A DNA stretch of 64,000 bases, taken from assembly GCF_030684315.1 (NCBI RefSeq), contig NC_081372.1, forward strand, positions 28,535,481 to 28,599,480, read 5' to 3'. Positions within the stretch are counted from its first letter, which is position 1, and every line of letters starts with the position of its first letter. Of the stretch, positions 62,855 through 64,000 are shown one piece after another. The translations under genes were made by a program, and so were the position numbers. The notes under the pieces are model-generated. The model had not been told where the DNA came from and did not search any database. It saw nothing but the letters and a program-made list of their open reading frames with translations. The stretch is from Stegostoma tigrinum (Eukaryota).

Positions 62855-63981
62855 CATAGAACATAGAACAGTACAGCACAGAACAGGCCCTTCAGCCCAC
62901 GATGTTGTGCCGATCATTGATCCTCATGTATGCACCCTCAAATTTCTGTGACCATATGCATGTCCAGCAGTCTCTTAAATGACCCCAATGACCTTGCTTC
63001 CACAACTGCTGCAGGCAACGCATTCCATGCTCTCACAACTCTCTGTGTAAAGAACCCGCATCTGACATCCCCTCTATACTTTCTTCCAACCAGCTTAAAA
63101 CAATGACCCCTCGTGTTAGCCATTTCTGCCCTGGGAAATAGTCTCTGGCTATCAACTCTATCTATGCCTCTCATTATCTTGTATACCTCAATTAGGTCCC
63201 CTCTCCTCCTCCTTTTCTCCAATGAAAAGAGTCCGAGCTCAGTCAACCTCTCTTCATAAGATAAGCCCTCCAGTCCAGGCAGCATCCTGGTAAACCTCCT
63301 CTGAACCCTCTCCAAAGCATCCACATCTTTCCTATAATAGGGCGACCAGAACTGGACGCAGTGTTCCAAGTGCGGTCTAACCAAAGTTTTATAGAGCTGC
63401 AACAAGATCTCATGACTCTTAAACTCAATCCCCCTGTTAATGAAAGCCAAAACACCATATGCTTTCTTAACAACCCTGTCCACTTGAGCGGCCATTTTAA
63501 GGGATCTATGTATCTGCACACCAAGATCCCTCTGTTCCTCCACACTGCCAAGAATCCTATCCTTAATCCTGTACTCAGCTTTCAAATTTGACCTTCCAAA
63601 ATGCATCACCTCGCATTTATCCAGGTTGAACTCCATCTGCCACCTCTCAGCCCATCTCTGCATCCTGTCAATGTCCCACTGCAGCCTACAACAGCCCTCT
63701 ATACTGTCAACGACACCTCCAACCTTTGTGTCGTCTGCAAACTTGCTGACCCATCCTTCAATTCCCTCATCCAAGTCATTAATAAAAATTACAAACAGTA
63801 GAGGCCCAAGGACAGAGCCCTGTGGAACTCCACTCACCACTGACTTCCAGGCAGAATATTTTCCTTCTACTAGCACTCGCTGTCTTCTGTTGGCCAGCCA
63901 ATTCTGTATCCAGACAGCTAAGTTCCCCTGTATCCCATTCTTCCTGACCTTCTGAATGAGCCTACCATGGGGAACCTTATC
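62855..63981 (-). mobile_element. Young 5'-truncated CR1 LINE, same subfamily (ORF 62938..63876)
   Basis: Near-identical to 6051-7056; TSD aattacat at 62850-62857 and 63982-63989. Confidence 0.96.
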
Positions 63982-64000
63982 AATTACATTATGTATTTTA

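Noticed and set aside
41615-64000. Peroxidasin exon 2 (expected ~72 nt, DLRFNRI...)
   Set aside because: I checked several acceptor-like sites by eye (e.g. ~44081, ~45520, ~58902) and none gave an LRR. It is probably beyond the window, but I could have missed it.

Overview
Vertebrate genomic DNA, most likely from an elasmobranch (shark); this is inferred from the HE1-type SINE and the CR1/Penelope repeat landscape. Two host genes lie in tandem on the + strand. The first is a complete PCMTD2: CpG-island promoter at ~21.9 kb, five coding exons at 26028-37048, 362 aa. The second, missed by the ORF track, is the first coding exon (41454-41614) of a peroxidasin-family gene (signal peptide + LRRNT), followed by an intron that appears to run past the window end. 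A PXDN-type gene directly downstream of PCMTD2 points to an extra peroxidasin ohnolog without a human counterpart at that position. The rest is mostly transposon-derived: young and old CR1 LINEs, L2/SINE relics, degenerate Gypsy and Copia LTR elements, Harbinger Myb-like relics, a MITE, and a Penelope-like element (RT + GIY-YIG). The Penelope terminal repeats carry minimal hammerhead-ribozyme motifs and have spawned many short TSD-flanked hairpin insertions. One hairpin shows strand-specific A-to-G hypermutation suggestive of ADAR editing before retrotransposition. Several locally templated duplications are also visible. All calls were made by eye, without database searches; repeat boundaries are approximate.
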